From positions 1 to 64,000 of the forward strand of contig KZ538526.1 in assembly GCA_000934665.2 (NCBI GenBank): a DNA stretch of 64,000 bases. Reading direction: 5' to 3'. Under the pieces are notes generated by a model. The model was not told the origin of the DNA. It searched no databases and saw only the letters and a list, made by a program, of their open reading frames with translations. Origin of the DNA: Catajapyx aquilonaris. Taxonomy: Eukaryota. This document shows positions 13,130 through 28,300 of the stretch, one piece after another (positions within the stretch are counted from its first letter, which is position 1; each line of letters opens with the position of its first letter). Made by a program: the position numbers and the translations under genes.

Positions 13130-13930
13130 GGGAGCGCCGCCGCATACTTTCACGAAAATCCCGTTGGATTAACCCGGATGCAAACTGGACTCAAAATGGC
13201 GGCGGATTGCAATGAACATTCGGAGCTAAAAAATCGAACACCCAAGCGTCCTCCCCTGTTCTAAAATGCGGGCCAGTTCGACCCTCCTCCTGATATCCTG
13301 CCTGGGGTCGGCCCATGGGCTGCCCCCGGGGCTGGCCCCCACTGCAATCGGCTGCGGTTAACGGTGTTCTAATCTGCATCGATAGTATCGGTAGGGGAGT
13401 AGGCGTCCGAAGCGAGCTTCCCCCCGCCCTGAAGTAGGGCTCGCAGAGGCAGGGCAACAAAGGAAGTGTCCCGCTGGCTGGTTGCGTCCGTCCGCGCGTC
13501 CCCCCTGGATAAAGAACATGGGCGTCCGGCCGTGTGAGTATGGGACATGGAGGGGGAATGGAGAGGCTGTGTGTGGGGAGAAGAGACTCTTCCCTTTTTG
13601 GGGGCCGGGGTAGAGGAAGCTGGGCGGGCGGGCTGTGGAGGCGGGTNNNNNNNNNNNNNNNNNNNTGTGGAGGCGGGTTGGTCGGGGGTGGGTGGTGGGT
13701 AGGTAGCGAAAAAGGAGAGTCGGGATGGGGCGTTGGGGTGGGGTTGGGGCGCCTTTTGCTTACGAAAAGGTGGCCGCCAGCTGGAATCGGGGTCAGCAGC
13801 CTAACCTTTTATTTGCGATGATTCTGTTCATGATAGGGGTGGGTCATCCTGCAGGGGCCTAATGCCATGGGGAGGGACGCCTGCCTGCCAACCCCCCTGG
13901 GGAGAAGAAGGGCGGGGGCAATGAGGGACC
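13130..13930 (+). promoter_or_regulatory. GC/CpG island, probable promoter and first exon of the zinc-finger gene; contains a 19-N assembly gap (13647-13665)
   Basis: YY1 consensus CAAAATGGCGGC at ~13192, donor gtgagt at 13534, dense G-runs downstream. Confidence 0.55.
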
Positions 13931-14507
13931 TGCAGAAAGTATGACCCATCATTTGCTAAAGGTCATGGGTGTCATGTTATCACAGAGCCATTTTGTTGGC
14001 AAGGAAGCTGAAACATCCACTGGAAGCCCAACATAACACCCTGTGTCATCGTTACAAACTGAAAACATGACACTGCACAAGTAATAAATCCACAATTACA
14101 GATAATACCATTGCGTGTGTTAATGCAGAACGCTGGTTGAAGGGACCCAGAGAGAAACTTGGACAAACTACAGTTTAGGCTTATTAGGAAGGAGCCAAAG
14201 CGACTATGGCTATCTGGCTATTAGAAAATACAAAGGTGGGACGGATAGAGACAGAAATGAATAGAAAAAATAAGATAGAAAGACTGGTGTATCTCTTAAG
14301 CTGCGTTGCACCGGCTCCTGGATAAATTTTCCGGGAGCCGGTGCTAACAGGCCTTAGTCTGCGTCCTATCCCAAAGACCTGTCTAACTAGGGTGACCCTG
14401 CCAGTAGACGAATCTGCCGCAAAACACAAGCCCCCACCACCACATCAAGGTGACGATACCATCAGGGGGTGGACAAACTACGTTTTGTAGCCTCTGTCAT
14501 GCATGCG

Positions 14508-14756
14508 AATTGGACTGTTATGCAATAATGAGTCAACCAACATGAAAACAGTTTTGAGAAAAATGGCTTTGAAAGTCATACCTGTGAAATTAATTCAGTG
14601 TTTTTTTCCTGGTCATTTGTGGCAGAAGTATGCAGATTTCGCCACCTTGATTTTAACTGAATGCAGTACTATCCTTTGGGTGTATGTTCATGGGCTTAAC
14701 TCAATAATTTTGACATTTTTGTAGGTTGACCCATTATTGCATAACACCATCCAATT
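14508..14756. mobile_element. ~240-bp MITE family copy 1 (opposite orientation to copies 2 and 3)
   Basis: TIR aattgga..gttatgcaataatg.gtcaacc; shared internal sequence with 36609-36853 and 50911-51146. Confidence 0.8.
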
Positions 14757-15608
14757 GGCAGGGAAGCCTAGCATATGTTGCATTAGTAAGGGAAAATTAA
14801 GTGTAGCGTAGTGGTGGCATGTGACACTGTCATGAAGGGCGGGCAATTCACCCTGGAATAGGTGCTTGGGTTGATTGATTGAGTGGAGAGAAGCCGAAGC
14901 AGCTAGGGCTCTCCGGGTGCAAGATCATTGAGCAATACATGGGGGACCTAAAAAGGCCCCTGCCAGGCCTCCAAATGGGGTATGAAAATAAATAAAGAAA
15001 TATATAGATAAACAAACAAACAAACAAACAATACATGGGGAGACAGGACAAAGGCAGCATTTATCTCTGGGAGACCCTACATGTTGCCAAATGAAAGAAC
15101 TCAGTGTGATACTAAATTTGTTGTTCCCTTTCGACAAGGAATTTTTCATTACACTCCCAATGTTCTGTATGGATTGTCATTGCAAATTTCCACTTACGAT
15201 TGTTTATGTGGCTATCCATCAAATTTTAAAATGTAGTCATCTCAATTGGCACCAAAAGGGCCTGAAGACTGTGTAAAATTTTCATACAACTTATACAGGC
15301 TAAAAATGCCTGATTCAAGTCCTGAAAATGGATACGAATAAATTTTGATGTCAAGGAGTGAATATAAAAATAAACTTTTCCATTCTCCCAAGCAGCATAG
15401 GCTTTTAGCAAGGCAAGGCAGGGGATCTGTAGCTTACTAGCATAGAAATTTTGCCTTTGGCACAAATTTTGTGGTGCAAAAAGTGCATATTAGGGTGAAT
15501 TAGAAGAATGAAATCTGGATTACACACACACACACACTGATAATAACGGAGCTCTGGGTTTTAAAAATGGTTAATCTGTAATTTTTTTAAGTGTCAAATG
15601 GCCGCCAA

Positions 15609-15776
15609 TACAGTGTGTTTCAAGTATTTGGGTCCTTATAGTTGTCGCAAATTTTACCGTAAATTATTTTTGTGTAGTTTTTGGCACCTCAATCAGGGCA
15701 CAAGCTACAGAAAAGTAACAAGTTACGCTAAAATTTGTGATAACTAAAAGGACCTCAATACTTGAAACACACTGTA
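15609..15776. mobile_element. Tc1/mariner-type MITE (TA-CAGTGTG...CACACTG-TA)
   Basis: tacagtgtgtttcaagtatt / aatacttgaaacacactgta inverted termini, TA flanks; centre shared with 28066-28301. Confidence 0.75.
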
Positions 15777-16305
15777 CATGGACAGTGTCCAAATTTTGTC
15801 ACATTCATATCAGTTAAAAGTTTTTGGCTGCTTGCCCCTGTGGACTCGCCTTTCAGTTTGGCATGAAATTACTTGTTCTGATTAACAGTCCACACACACA
15901 GATTATGTAACTTCCACACTTACAATGTATTAGAGGTGAGGTGACAGGAGAGCCAATGATATTTTTACAGGCTCTGATGCAAGCTCAATTCAGAAACAGT
16001 GATAAACTGGACTGGGATAATGCACTGAATGGCTTACTATCATGTTACTCCAAGTGTGACTGTTATAAAAGGAAAATGCCATTTTTATCAATCCAGTCAT
16101 GAAGCCCATTTTACCTTTCATATAACTTACTAAGGAATAAACTTTTATGCATTCCCAGGTTGGAGAGTTTTTCTATGGTGCTCATGGTCCACACACAGTG
16201 TGTGCCTATGAGTCAGAGGGCCTAGTGGCAGAACAGAAGTGAGGACAAGAGTGCAGTGCATTTCTATAAGTGCAGTGGGAAACCACCTAGACCCACACTA
16301 CTTTG

Positions 16306-19300
16306 ATGGAGGGTGGAAGTGCTTGGGTCCTCCGGCGGGAGCAGGAGGCTCTGGCACATCTGTTGGCGGAGAGAGCGGGCTTCTCCCTGGAAGTAAAGCA
16401 CTTTCTCGCTGCCAAAGATGAAGCCAGTGCCACTGCTGCTGCCACTGCAGCTGCTGTCGTGGCAGCTGCATCTGCTGTGCCCACCTCCAGTGTACAATCC
16501 ACCACTGTGGCACTTCCTGGCACTGTCACTGTTCCACTTTCAATCCCTGTGCCGGGGACCTCTGAAATGGAGGATGACAACCTGCTCATGAAGGTAAGGC
16601 TCTTCCATGCAGGGTTTGCTGGTGTAGTCATAGTGGGTTGAAAGCCACGTGGTATTGCCTTGGTTTGATTTGTCAGGGTCAGAGGTCCGTCATATTGACC
16701 AAGCTAAGTGCCATGAGTACAGTTTATGGTGCAGCTGTACAAATTGGCCATCATACATCCTTCATGCTGTTGGATGCACGGGATGAAATTATTTACTTAT
16801 GGTGCACCGACTTACACAGTATAGACACGTATGATATAGTAAGAGTGTCTCACAGCCACACGTGGAATGAGGTTTATAAAAATGTAGTTCAATCTTTTGG
16901 TCACTACTTCTAAAACACTGACCAAGAGGAAACCTGCCTTGGAAAAATCTTAGGTGTCACTTTATGCAAGAAAGGAGTAAAACTTTCTACGGGGATTAAG
17001 CAGTGAGTCAGACTCAGCCTGTGAGACATACTTGTATTTTTTATTTGCCACACCTGCTGTACATCTCACTATACCATATTTTTGTTCAAGAGTGTCATGC
17101 TGCTAAAGTCAAAGATTACCAAATTTTAGTAAAATTCCCCCCTGGTGGCTACCAGCATACCAGATTGGGGTATGCTCGTAGAGGGTGTAGTTTGTAGGTA
17201 TTTTAGCTACTAAAAATATATGTATGGTAGTAATAGCCAGTTGTACAAATGCAAATGAAGGGAAATTTAGTTGGCACATAATCTAGGATGAACAGGAATT
17301 TCTGCCTGAGCACAATTGTCTCAACTCTCACACAAATGCCCTGAATTACATCCACTTCCAGACCTTTTTCCTCAAACGCCCCTGTATGAAGACACTGCAT
17401 CTTTTAAGGTTGTATTTCTTGTGAATTGGCAATAATAATGGCCCCAATAATATTGTAGCCAGGCTGTACAAAGGTTGAGGGGACAGTTTAAGAAGTCCTG
17501 GAGTGAAGCTGACCCAAAAAGAGTGACACATCTTGAGGAAAACTGCCCCTCTCAATACTTTTAGGATGGATAACCTGAGATATACCTGCCTCTGCGTCAC
17601 TCTCATTTTATACTGGCATCCCACTGTATGTGCAAAACCATGCTACTGCTCTTCACTCTCAATTTGGGTGCCATGATGGTAAAAAGCTGCAAAGACTGAA
17701 TCATAATGGCACAATGATGTTACGCCAGCTGCAGCCTTGAGCTTCTGCTGTTAGCATGCCATATGAGACTGAACATGCATATGTTGGAATGAGAATTGAG
17801 TACTTTACAACAACTTGTTTGAGTTTGAGGCGTTAGGGGACAGGGAGGTAGATGCAATACATGCTTTGAAAAATACCTAATCAATTGGCCAGTAAAAATA
17901 CTTACATAACTCTTAACGACATGCAGCAAATTTTTGTAACGATTTGTCAGCTGTATGGCTGAAGTTCCTTGCAATGGAGCAGTGTGTAATGAGGACACCA
18001 AAAGTATTGATTTTATACATCTGTTAAATTGAATACCTGAACCTGTGATGTGGGGTGGGCGAGGAGTGAGGGTTGTAGCCATATTCAGATTTAAAAGTGC
18101 TTTAGGTTTCACAAAATTCTTGTTGGAGAGTATGCTACCTTTTGTGGATAGTTGGTCAGGGGTGAGGAGGGGTAGGCACCAAGACTCCTGTAGTACAGGT
18201 GGGTGAGGGGTGTGGCCAAATGCAGGAAGCTGTAGGAGGACATAGACTCTGGTCACTGTACATTTAGCAAACGAAGTGATCGGTTACTCCTGGATTTACT
18301 TCAAGTAGGACTATTTCTTGACGTCTTCTAACTTGTAAGACCAAATTTTTCCCCAGAATTTTGTCTGGGATGCATTGTTATGGCATGTGATAGTAAGTTA
18401 CATACCTTTGCACTGTATATCACAGCACATGTCTAGCAACACTTGTGCAATTTGTAGTAGTCTCTGCAGAATGTTCCCTACATTGGCAGTTAATCAAACT
18501 TACATGACCTTCAAAAAGCAGGCTGGTGAAAGTCGTAAATTTTTTGGGGCACACGAAAATGGAAAGTATGAAGTTTGAATCTGGCCTGAGAAAGTGGCTA
18601 TTTAAGACTCACTTCAAAATTGGAGGCTTTGCTTTTGTTGGTGTGGGATGTGACTATATCCAATGGGAAGGATCACAGATAGCTGGGTAACCCAGGAAAG
18701 GCCCAAGCCCTCATCGGACACTTTGGGTCACATACTAGCAAGCTTGACTGCAAATCTGGGTGCTCGTGAAGGTCCATGACTAACTTGGTAGACCTAGGAA
18801 AGAGCAACGTTGTCGATTTATGAGCCCAGTCTGAGATCTCTCCAGAAAGGAAAGCATGGTTCTCTGAAGGTATCATGTGGCAATCATAACCATGTACCTT
18901 CTCATCTTTGCCTCACAACGTATTTCCCATGGATCCATAGACACACTAGAGATACTGTAGCATCTCCAGTTGAAGTGCAACAGTCATATTACCTGCCAGT
19001 ACTTTGGTAGTGGTGCTAATAATTAAAAGATAGCCAAGTTGGACTCATGCACTGGACAGACTTTCAGGTTTTAGAAAAGCACACTACACGTTAGAATGAA
19101 GATATCTTGGCAGATTATTAGAGCTCTGCCTGTAAATCTGCTTCCATGTCCAATTTAACTAGCTTTGCGCTTAAGCATGGAATTAGTGATTTCAAGTTCC
19201 TCTGTTCATACCAGTGATAGATGCCAATGGCAAGGTATTCTTTCCTTGCCTTGTACGGTTAGTATATGACATCTGCAGCTTGTAGTTGCATCCACGACAA

Positions 19301-22300
19301 TTGGAGTCTTGGTGCTGCCTGCAAGAGGTAAGTTTCATCAAGGACTGATATTAACTTGAAATATGCGGGGCATGGAAATCCACTGATAAATTATTATGTT
19401 GAATAATAATATTCGGCATTGATTGAGTTTACAAACTGTTCACAGAATATGTTCACCTGACGCCAGCTCTCTTTCACCTTTCCTGCACCTGTTTCTATCC
19501 TGCAACCTTCATTCTGAATATTGAACTAGTGAATTTGATAATGAAATCTTGCAAAACAGTATTTTACCCATATGAGCCGGGGATAGGTTCCCCTGAAGAT
19601 GAAGATGCTTGCAACCATAGATAATACTGATACATTTATAATACAGGTTTTAAAATCATGTGTGCACACCTCTGAAACTATTTCACAAGTTGTACGCATT
19701 AATCCATCAACAAAAATAAACAATTGAATAGTTATAACTATACTTTATTGCTGTAGCACAAAATTGATGCATTTCAAACATTTTGCAATTTTGAATTAAA
19801 TATTTTAATTAGATATTTATGTAATGTTTTCAAACCTCAGATAACAGAAATTGCAGCTGATGGACTTACAGATAAGGGGTATACTGTTTATTAGATATGA
19901 AAGTGTCGCCGGTTATAATTATCTAAAGTGTAACATTTCATTGTCGCAAAAAAACATTGGAATCTTGACGTTGGTTTATTATGCATGGGATTATTCCTCA
20001 AATAAGACATTCCTTGAAAGAAGCTGTGAACATGAATTTGCTGTGAAATTTTCCTTGCATACTTTGATACCAAATTGACAGGCATGCATTTCGCTCCTGT
20101 TCCCTTTGCCTTTCCTTCACTATCCCTTGTAAATGGGCATTATTTGTGAATAGATTTGCATGAAAATTGTATAGCACTTAGGACATTGGAAAATCACCAA
20201 AAATGATTTTACATAGGATGTTCTCTGGTTATAATTTTTTAAATAAAATACCTGATGCATGTGATGCACTGTCATCATCAGTGTACAACATGTATTGCTC
20301 AATTACTAAGCATCACACGATATTTCCCAAATATTTATATTTGGTGTGTGGTAATCATGGACATCATGAATCGTGTAAGTGGCACATTTCAAGTTCATGA
20401 CATACCTTTTGGGATGAAAAAAAATATGGGCACCATGGTACTACTTATATGAAGCTGTTTACTGTGGCCTTGGAAGTTGCATTTATTCTGACCCCACCCT
20501 CTTAAGAGATTACCTGTGGAGCTAATAATGTAATGGGCACATTTGATTAACATACATTAAAGTTAGCCCCCTTGAGATTTGGACAGTTATAAACATAGAC
20601 AGAAATATTCTCCAGAAGCATTGGTCCCGTTCGTGGCCACAGGTGGAGGTGGTGCTGCAAGAGGACAAAGCAGCAGCAGCATCCAAGGCAACAGCAGCAG
20701 CAGTCGCAGCCGCAACCGCAGCCTCCCGCAAACATTTCCAGTGCCCCATCTGCCACAAGGTGTTGTCCCTCAAGCACCCTGAGCGCCACAAGCGCATCCA
20801 TACAGGCGAGAAGCCCTTTCAGTGCCAGGTGTGCCTCAGGCCGTTCTCCCGAAAGGTATGCTCATGCTCTTATTTATTATCTTGCTTTCAGACATCGTGG
20901 ACAAGATAGAGATTTATTAAGGAGATAACAAATACTTGTTGCTAAAATTGGTTGATGTTTATCAGAACTTGAGAGTGCAATTGACACGATTCAGTCAATC
21001 CCGTACTGAACCTGATACTGCCCATTTATTGTCTCAGGAATGAGACTTGCATTGTATTAACTCTCCCTGGCCTGCCCTCATATCCCCTTCTCTGTCAAAA
21101 CCTGGTGTCCAATCATGGTATCCAAACATTGTTATTCCATGGTATACAAGGATGAGAGATCTACTTCTGACCCAGAAACAAAGGAAACTTCAATGGCTGC
21201 ATCCTTCAGCCACAACAAACGGAAGTGCCTACTGTGGGAAGGGTGACAGTCTTAGTTACTAGCTGATTTTATATTTCTTCCTGCTCATTTTTCCCACTCT
21301 GCATTCTTAGACAAGTAAATCCCTTGAGTCATCGAATGCGAGATGAGAGTCGCATTGAGTGGGTAATCCATTTTTATTTGAAAAATGTGAGATTCTAAGT
21401 ATATATATTATGTAGAGTGTTTGTGGGAGACCAATGTTACACTGACTGCTTGCTATATTACACTAAATCTATGGGTGAGATCTCCTCCCTGCTGTCAAGA
21501 AGAATATGGCAATTGAGGGTGATTGAAGGGATACAAAGGGATATCAACTTTGATACACAAAAATATACTAAACTATGTAACACTGCCACCTCTTGCTCAT
21601 GAGCTTTTGCCTGATATCTGCTGATGTAGTACTTCCTTCAATATTACCCATGAGGCAGCGAGAATGTTGCATTCATTTTCAAGTTCCCAACCAAGTGAGT
21701 ATTCATAACTGTTGTTTAGGGACCAGGGTGAACATTGCCTTCATAGGTTATAAATGGTCAATTCCTAATCCCTGAAAGTATGCATCCTGCTTCCTGCCGC
21801 GCAATTACAAATACTCACTTGGGTGGTTTATTCTTGTCTGCTTCGTACCCCACAAAGACCTTCCTGGCTTGGGTGACCATACGAGTAGATACGGAGCCAC
21901 TGACATAGCTCTCAGGGCTGTCGCAGCACAAAAGCCCAGCCACCATGACAAGGGGAGATGCCGTGGGAGTAGGGGTACCAAGGAGGGAAGGGGATGGGAC
22001 ATGGCAACTAATATTCGACATCAAGTGCATCTAATACGTACAATAACTTGTTATGGACAGGCCATGACCTGGCCATCACAGTTGTGTTGACAAATATTGT
22101 TATCTGATTCAAGCCGATAACTTTGTCAAGTATATGCCTCATGGCTTGGAATGACTGGCAGCATTATTTTTTATAGAATCTGTAAGCTTTTCTTGAAGTC
22201 TTATATACTCATGAAAAAAAAAAGGGCAGAAAATTACGGAAATGTCACTGTTCTACAAAAAAAAAAAAATTTTTTTCCTTTTTCTGAAATTGTGAATAGC

Positions 22301-25300
22301 TAATATTATTGTATATTTCGCGCTGAATCTGAATCTCTGCTCAGAAGGCTTCTGTCAGGCACAGTTTTTGAGATATATCGTTTTAAAGTTTGGACCGGTT
22401 TACTAGGGGTCTTTCCGAATCAAGTGGGCCGAAATCTTTATACATCATCTCGGATCTTGGTGAAAATAATCACAGATGTACAGACAAATGCCATAATGCT
22501 GCATATCCCGTCTCAGCCACATTGCGCAATACCATTGGGAGGGGAAAAATCGAGAAACTTGGAAAATGGCTGTGTCTGAACGAGTGACTAATGAAATGTA
22601 AAATTAAGTTTTTGTTACATTTGAGAGAAAAACTAATTCCATGGGCGCATTCTGCTGGTGTTTATCTTACTTTTGATATATATGTTCACTGGGTTTTGAC
22701 CAATTCCACTAACCGAAAAATATTCTCCATAGAAGGCATCATTTTCGGCCATTTCCCAAGTTGCTCGGTTTTCCCCCTCCCAATGGTATTGCGCAATGTG
22801 ACTGAAATGGGATGTGTAGCATTATGGAATTTGTCTGTACATCTGTGATTATTTTCACCAAGATCCGAGATGATGATGTATAATGATTTTGGCTCACTTT
22901 ATTTGGAAAGACCCCTAGTAAACCGGTCCAAACTTTAAAATGATATATCTCAAAAACTGTGCCTGACAGAAACCTTCTGAGCAGAGATTCAGATTCAGCG
23001 CGAAATATACAATAAGATTAGCTATTCACAATTTCAGAAAAAAAGAAAAAAATATTTATATTGTAGAACAGTGACATTTTCCGTAGTTTTCTGCCCTTCA
23101 TTTTGGGCCTTATCTCGTAAACAGTGCAAGGTATCACAAACGTAACGAAATATTGGCCCAAAGGGCCACACTTTCCTGTGTTCAGGTTAAGGAAGTGTAC
23201 CTGCGCCCTAAAAAGTGACAACCCGAAAGTGATTTGAGGTCACCTCAGATACGCCCCTCGCGGACCCCATTACAGATGACTCACGTGACCCATATTTTTC
23301 ATGTCATAAGGATCACCCAGCACAACTTTTTTTCACTCTTGCATTACAACTTAAATTAAAATTTTTAAAAAATCGGCCCACCCTATTGTACATGCCTGGC
23401 TAGTCCTTAGTGTCTTACAATTTTCTGTGGAAGTTCATTAGCCATTTTGGCTGTGACAGTGTGATTGTGGAGAAGCTTGAAGGTCTCGTCTCATGCCAAC
23501 TGCCTCGCTTCACAGGTGTAATTCTATGTCATTACTCTGATTCTTGCACCATACATATAATTGGTTATTCAGATGTTGCTATATTTATATATGCAGGATT
23601 AAATTGCCACCTAGTATTAACTAATATGGATTATTGATTGTGTAATAATTAATACACCCATGTAAGTTTATTCATTTTTGTATGGGTTACAGGAGCATCT
23701 TCAACGGCATGAGCGCATCCACACAGGCGAGAAGCCTTTCCCATGCCTCTTCTGTGATAAGCGCTTTGCAAGTAACTACAAATTGAAGCGACATGAACAG
23801 GTCAGTTTCTCGTTTGGTGTGTTAATAGTTGCAAGATAAAATAAGACCTGTTGGCCAGTGTATTTGTGAACTGCATCTCATCTGCTATACGTGCAGAAAC
23901 CAAATTTAATCCAAGCATTTTAACAGAATTGTCATGATATTGGCCAGTCAAAAAGGGATACTGTTCAGGTTGAATTTGCTATTATAATAACTTTTGTTAT
24001 TTCTTAAAATATTCCTATTAATTTGTCCTAACAGATCAGTAATTTTTCCTTTTTTACATGTAATTGCCATATCAATTAGAAGAGTTTAAAATGTACAATT
24101 TGCAAGCAATAATTTAGAAAAATTCCTATTATTATTATCACCTTATGTGTCAGTAGTAATGCAGTCTGCCTAAATGAATTTGGCGTATATGATGGTTTGG
24201 TGTTTTGTGTAGTCCCGGGAGGTTGTCTGCACTGTATACAGTATTATATTTTTATAAAAACATCCATACAGGTCACTTTTAAAAAGAACTAGGGGAAAAG
24301 TAATCGCAAAATGCTGCTGCTGCTTCAACAGCAAACCCTTCATGCTGAGCATTGCTTAGAGGCACTGAACGAAGTTTTTTTAAAATTCCCCACGAACAAA
24401 ATGTGGGCATTGCCATTCCTCATGTATTGGCATTAAAGGTGTTGAAGGAAGCAGTGACTAGTGTTATAACACTAATAATTTTATGTGCTCATTTGCAGGT
24501 GCATACGGGTGAGAAGCCATATGCATGTGTCTACTGTGAAAAGAGATTTGGCAGCAATTACAAACGGAAGCAGCATGAACAGGTTTGTGACATTAAAAAT
24601 ATCTTTAGCTTTTTTTTTTTTTTTTTAATGCAAGTGCCATAAATCTTAAACTCTTTGAAAACCTTTATATTGTTGGTGCATATGTAGTGCAAGACATTAA
24701 AAGCAGCAAGTGTCAGATATACCACATGAGTGTTTTATTGAACTTAATTTGTTTGTTTTTTCTCAGCAACCATGTTTATAAAAAGTGGCAAATTTTTCAA
24801 CCATTGACTGCTTTGCAAAAGCCCATTCTCAGATGTCCCAATTCCTTTCTGCTCCAGTGTAGGAATACTTATGCAGGGGGGAGATTTGAGATCGTCATGC
24901 ATGTGTGGGAATGGTGTGTCTCCTCACCTTGGTCACATAATCTCTTCCTACCTGGAGGCTAGTTTATATGGGTAGTATGCTATGTATAGGCAGGCCATGC
25001 TAACTTATAAATGACGTCATCATTTTGTTTACCAATTTCTAGTCAACGGAAACATGCTGAGCACACCCTTGGAACCTCCCACTTTTGAAGTTTCCGTGGA
25101 GATGCCCTCATGCAACAATTGACGTAAAAATGTGGCAAAAATTACCAAAAGAATACCGTAATTATTGCATAAGGGCATCTCCATGGAAACTTGAAACGTG
25201 GGAGGTTCCCAGGGCGTGTTCGGCATGGTTCTGTTGAGTAGGAATTCGCAAACAAAAGGATGACATTATTTAGAAGTTAGCATGGCCTGCCTATACTATA

Positions 25301-28300
25301 ACACACAAAAAGATTGTCGCACTGTAACCATGTGGTGTCCGCGACACGTTGTTTATCCTGGGTGTTGCCAAGTTACAGGTGTTTATTTGGCAATATTCCA
25401 GAATCCACACCACGTTACTGACTGGTCATTCGGTCCCATGGCCACACAGTCTGGTCGAGGTCGCTGCCGAACACACCTGTGGTACCTCCGACTTTTTCCA
25501 TGGAAATACCCTCACACAGCAATAGGAGTAAGCAGTGTCGAAGTATGCTCTTATTGTTTTATGAGTTCATTTCCATGGAAACAGGAAAAGTGGGAGGTAA
25601 AGGCAATGGATTTCTTAGAGTGAACTGCTGGGCCCATGGCCCCGCCCCCAAACAAACTTCTCTCCTCCCTCCTCCCTCCTCCACAACTTCTCCCCCCCAC
25701 CACTTTGGCACCATGACAACATGTATCCCTCCGCCAGAGCCTTATTCCGATGGTGCTTATGCGCGCCGAAAATAAGTGAAAAGAAGAAATTCGAACACCG
25801 TTGCCGTGGATTCGAACCTGATTCGAACGATGCTTCGAAATTACGCGGGCACGGATCCCGATGCTCTTTTGTCTCTCGCCTTGAAAGTAGTCCCCATGTG
25901 GCAACGTTGCTGATTTTAATTTTTCGCGTAAGTAACTAATAACGCTATTCTAAGTAATGCTTTAGTGTTCATAAATTATGTCAGAACCAAATAATTGATA
26001 TGCGTCGAATTCCTTTTTAAAATACACCGTCAATTACATTTATGTATTTTCACCTGGCAACCTTCCTGTGACGCACGGTCATACAGGCGATCCCATTGGT
26101 TCGCCCGGGGGGGCGTGTCTGTTCACTCTAATACAGGTGATCCCATTGGTTCGCCCAGGGGGGCGTGTCTGTTCACTCTAAGAAATCCGTTCCCTATACC
26201 AGAGGTGTGTTCTGTAGCGACCCGGACCAGACTGTGTGGCCATGGGACCAAATGACTGTCAGCAAATTGGTGTGGATTCTGAAATATCGCCAAAGAAACA
26301 CCCTTAACCTGGCAACACCCAGGATAAACTACATGTCACGGACACCACGCAGATACAGTGTGACAATCCTGTTTATACATGTTATAGTACAGATTAAATT
26401 GATACCAGTCTGTGACATTTTGGGATAGAGCAGAGAATCTTCTTATTACCTAGTGTTTGGGATACAGTTAATGCTGTGTAAAAAATTCCTGATTATTAGT
26501 AAAAATTGTGTCCTTTTGCACAGTTACGATGTTCTAAATATGTTTTTTATTTATGTAGGTGCATACAGGCGAGAAGCCATACGCATGTGTCTTCTGTGAA
26601 AAGAGATTTGGGAACAACTACAAACGGAAGCAGCATGAACAGGTCAGTCTTAATTTTTGCTATCAAATTTTTGCCAAGAAGACTGTGGTAGGATTAGGGT
26701 ATTATCAGTTTTGAGCCACAGTGTGTCTGGGAAAATAATTCATATTGCTCGCCAAAATATTTACGGCCTGGAAAATTGCAAGTTCTGTGCAGGAACCTTT
26801 ATTGTGTGATGTCAAAAGTGGAAAATGTCTTGGAATGGACTAGACGCACTCAGGGCAAGCACTGCTTTAAGTGTGTACCCATCTGAAGTCTTGTCAGACA
26901 TGTGACAAGATGTTAATTTAAAAAATCGACCATTGGGAGTGGAGGTGATGGAAGTGAGAGCAGATAAAAATTGTCTGTATGTGCACTGGTTGAGAGTTTG
27001 GCTTTCAATTGGCCATACATGCATGAACATTGAATGTAGGTTGAAGGAATTATTACTTGATGTCAGCTTAATTTTGTAATGAGACATTGAAGTGTCGTTA
27101 AATGAATTTCTGGAATCCTGAAAATATGTAGTCAAATTGCTACATTTATTCAGTGTAACCCATTTATTTGAAATAATGCCATAAGTAAACTGTCACCACT
27201 GGGAATGACATTTGGGACATGCATTAAGTTTCATTACTAACTAATTTTTTTAAACGCATCCACTCGTAACAGGTAACACAATGCAGTGATAAATGGAGGA
27301 CATAAATGTGAGCAGAAGTTGTGCCTAGTTATTAATTGCTCACTATAACAACTATTTACATAGAATTTAAATAGTTTTAGGTATTAAAACTAATCTAGAG
27401 GTTTGGCAGAAGCCATCTACGCTGAAATCGGGAATTAAAGGTCAACAGCAATTTTTTGCTGAATTTTTAAAAATATTGACAGAAATGCTTGACATCAAAC
27501 CATTTTGAGCCTAAATTGGTGCAGCATTTTGTGGTTATAAATTTATCTCATGGTAGAAAAGTGACAAATCCATACAAACCATGTTACTTGACGGGAAAAC
27601 ACTCGGGTATTGACAACATTTTTGCCCCTGCTTCTATTGTATACATGCTTTGCCCATCCTATCCAGATATGAACAAGTCATGTGAGAAGCAATGGACGGA
27701 AATAATTGCCAAGATTCACTGTATGTTTTCGTGTGAACTCACTGATTGCTGTTTTTTAAATATCACATCACCTAATATCAGAAATAGATCCTCATTTCTG
27801 AGCTTAAAATATGCTGGAAATGATTAATTTACAATAGGATTATTTAGTAAAAACATTGTAAGCTGCTCGTGAAATTCTTGTTATTCTAGTCATGTGATTG
27901 GTGAGATTTTAATAATTCTGCAATGAATGCAAAATCACAATGATCAGGAAATTATGCCTTTTATTATGCCTTTGAAAAATTTAAAATTCTAGCCATTTCT
28001 GAAGGATGCATTTGTTACTACCGCTACACATATTCAAACATGACAACTCATGTTAATGTGGAATATACAGGGTGTTCCACATTTGTGGGTCGGTTTTTTA
28101 TAACTGATGTTGCCCGATAGCAGTTATATTTGTGTAGCTTGCTGTGCCCTGATCCAGATTCCCCATTACTCCCAGGGGGTCGAATATAGCAGTTTCTATA
28201 GAATGAGGCACCTGATTAGGGGCACAACAAGCTACAAAAAATAACTGCTATGAGGCAATATCATTATTTAAAAATTACCCACGAAAATGGAACACCCTGT

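Noticed and set aside
17720..18256. 178-aa minus-strand intronic ORF and the many other 60-130-aa ORFs in the track
   Set aside because: No recognisable motifs or consistent splice context; most are antisense shadows of real exons, repeats or chance ORFs.
20971..20980. Dscam-style docking site (gagagtgcaa) complementary to the tgcactc acceptor motif
   Set aside because: Only ~7 nt of complementarity, expected by chance, and it lies upstream of the 108-nt exon. A systematic RNA-RNA search is needed.
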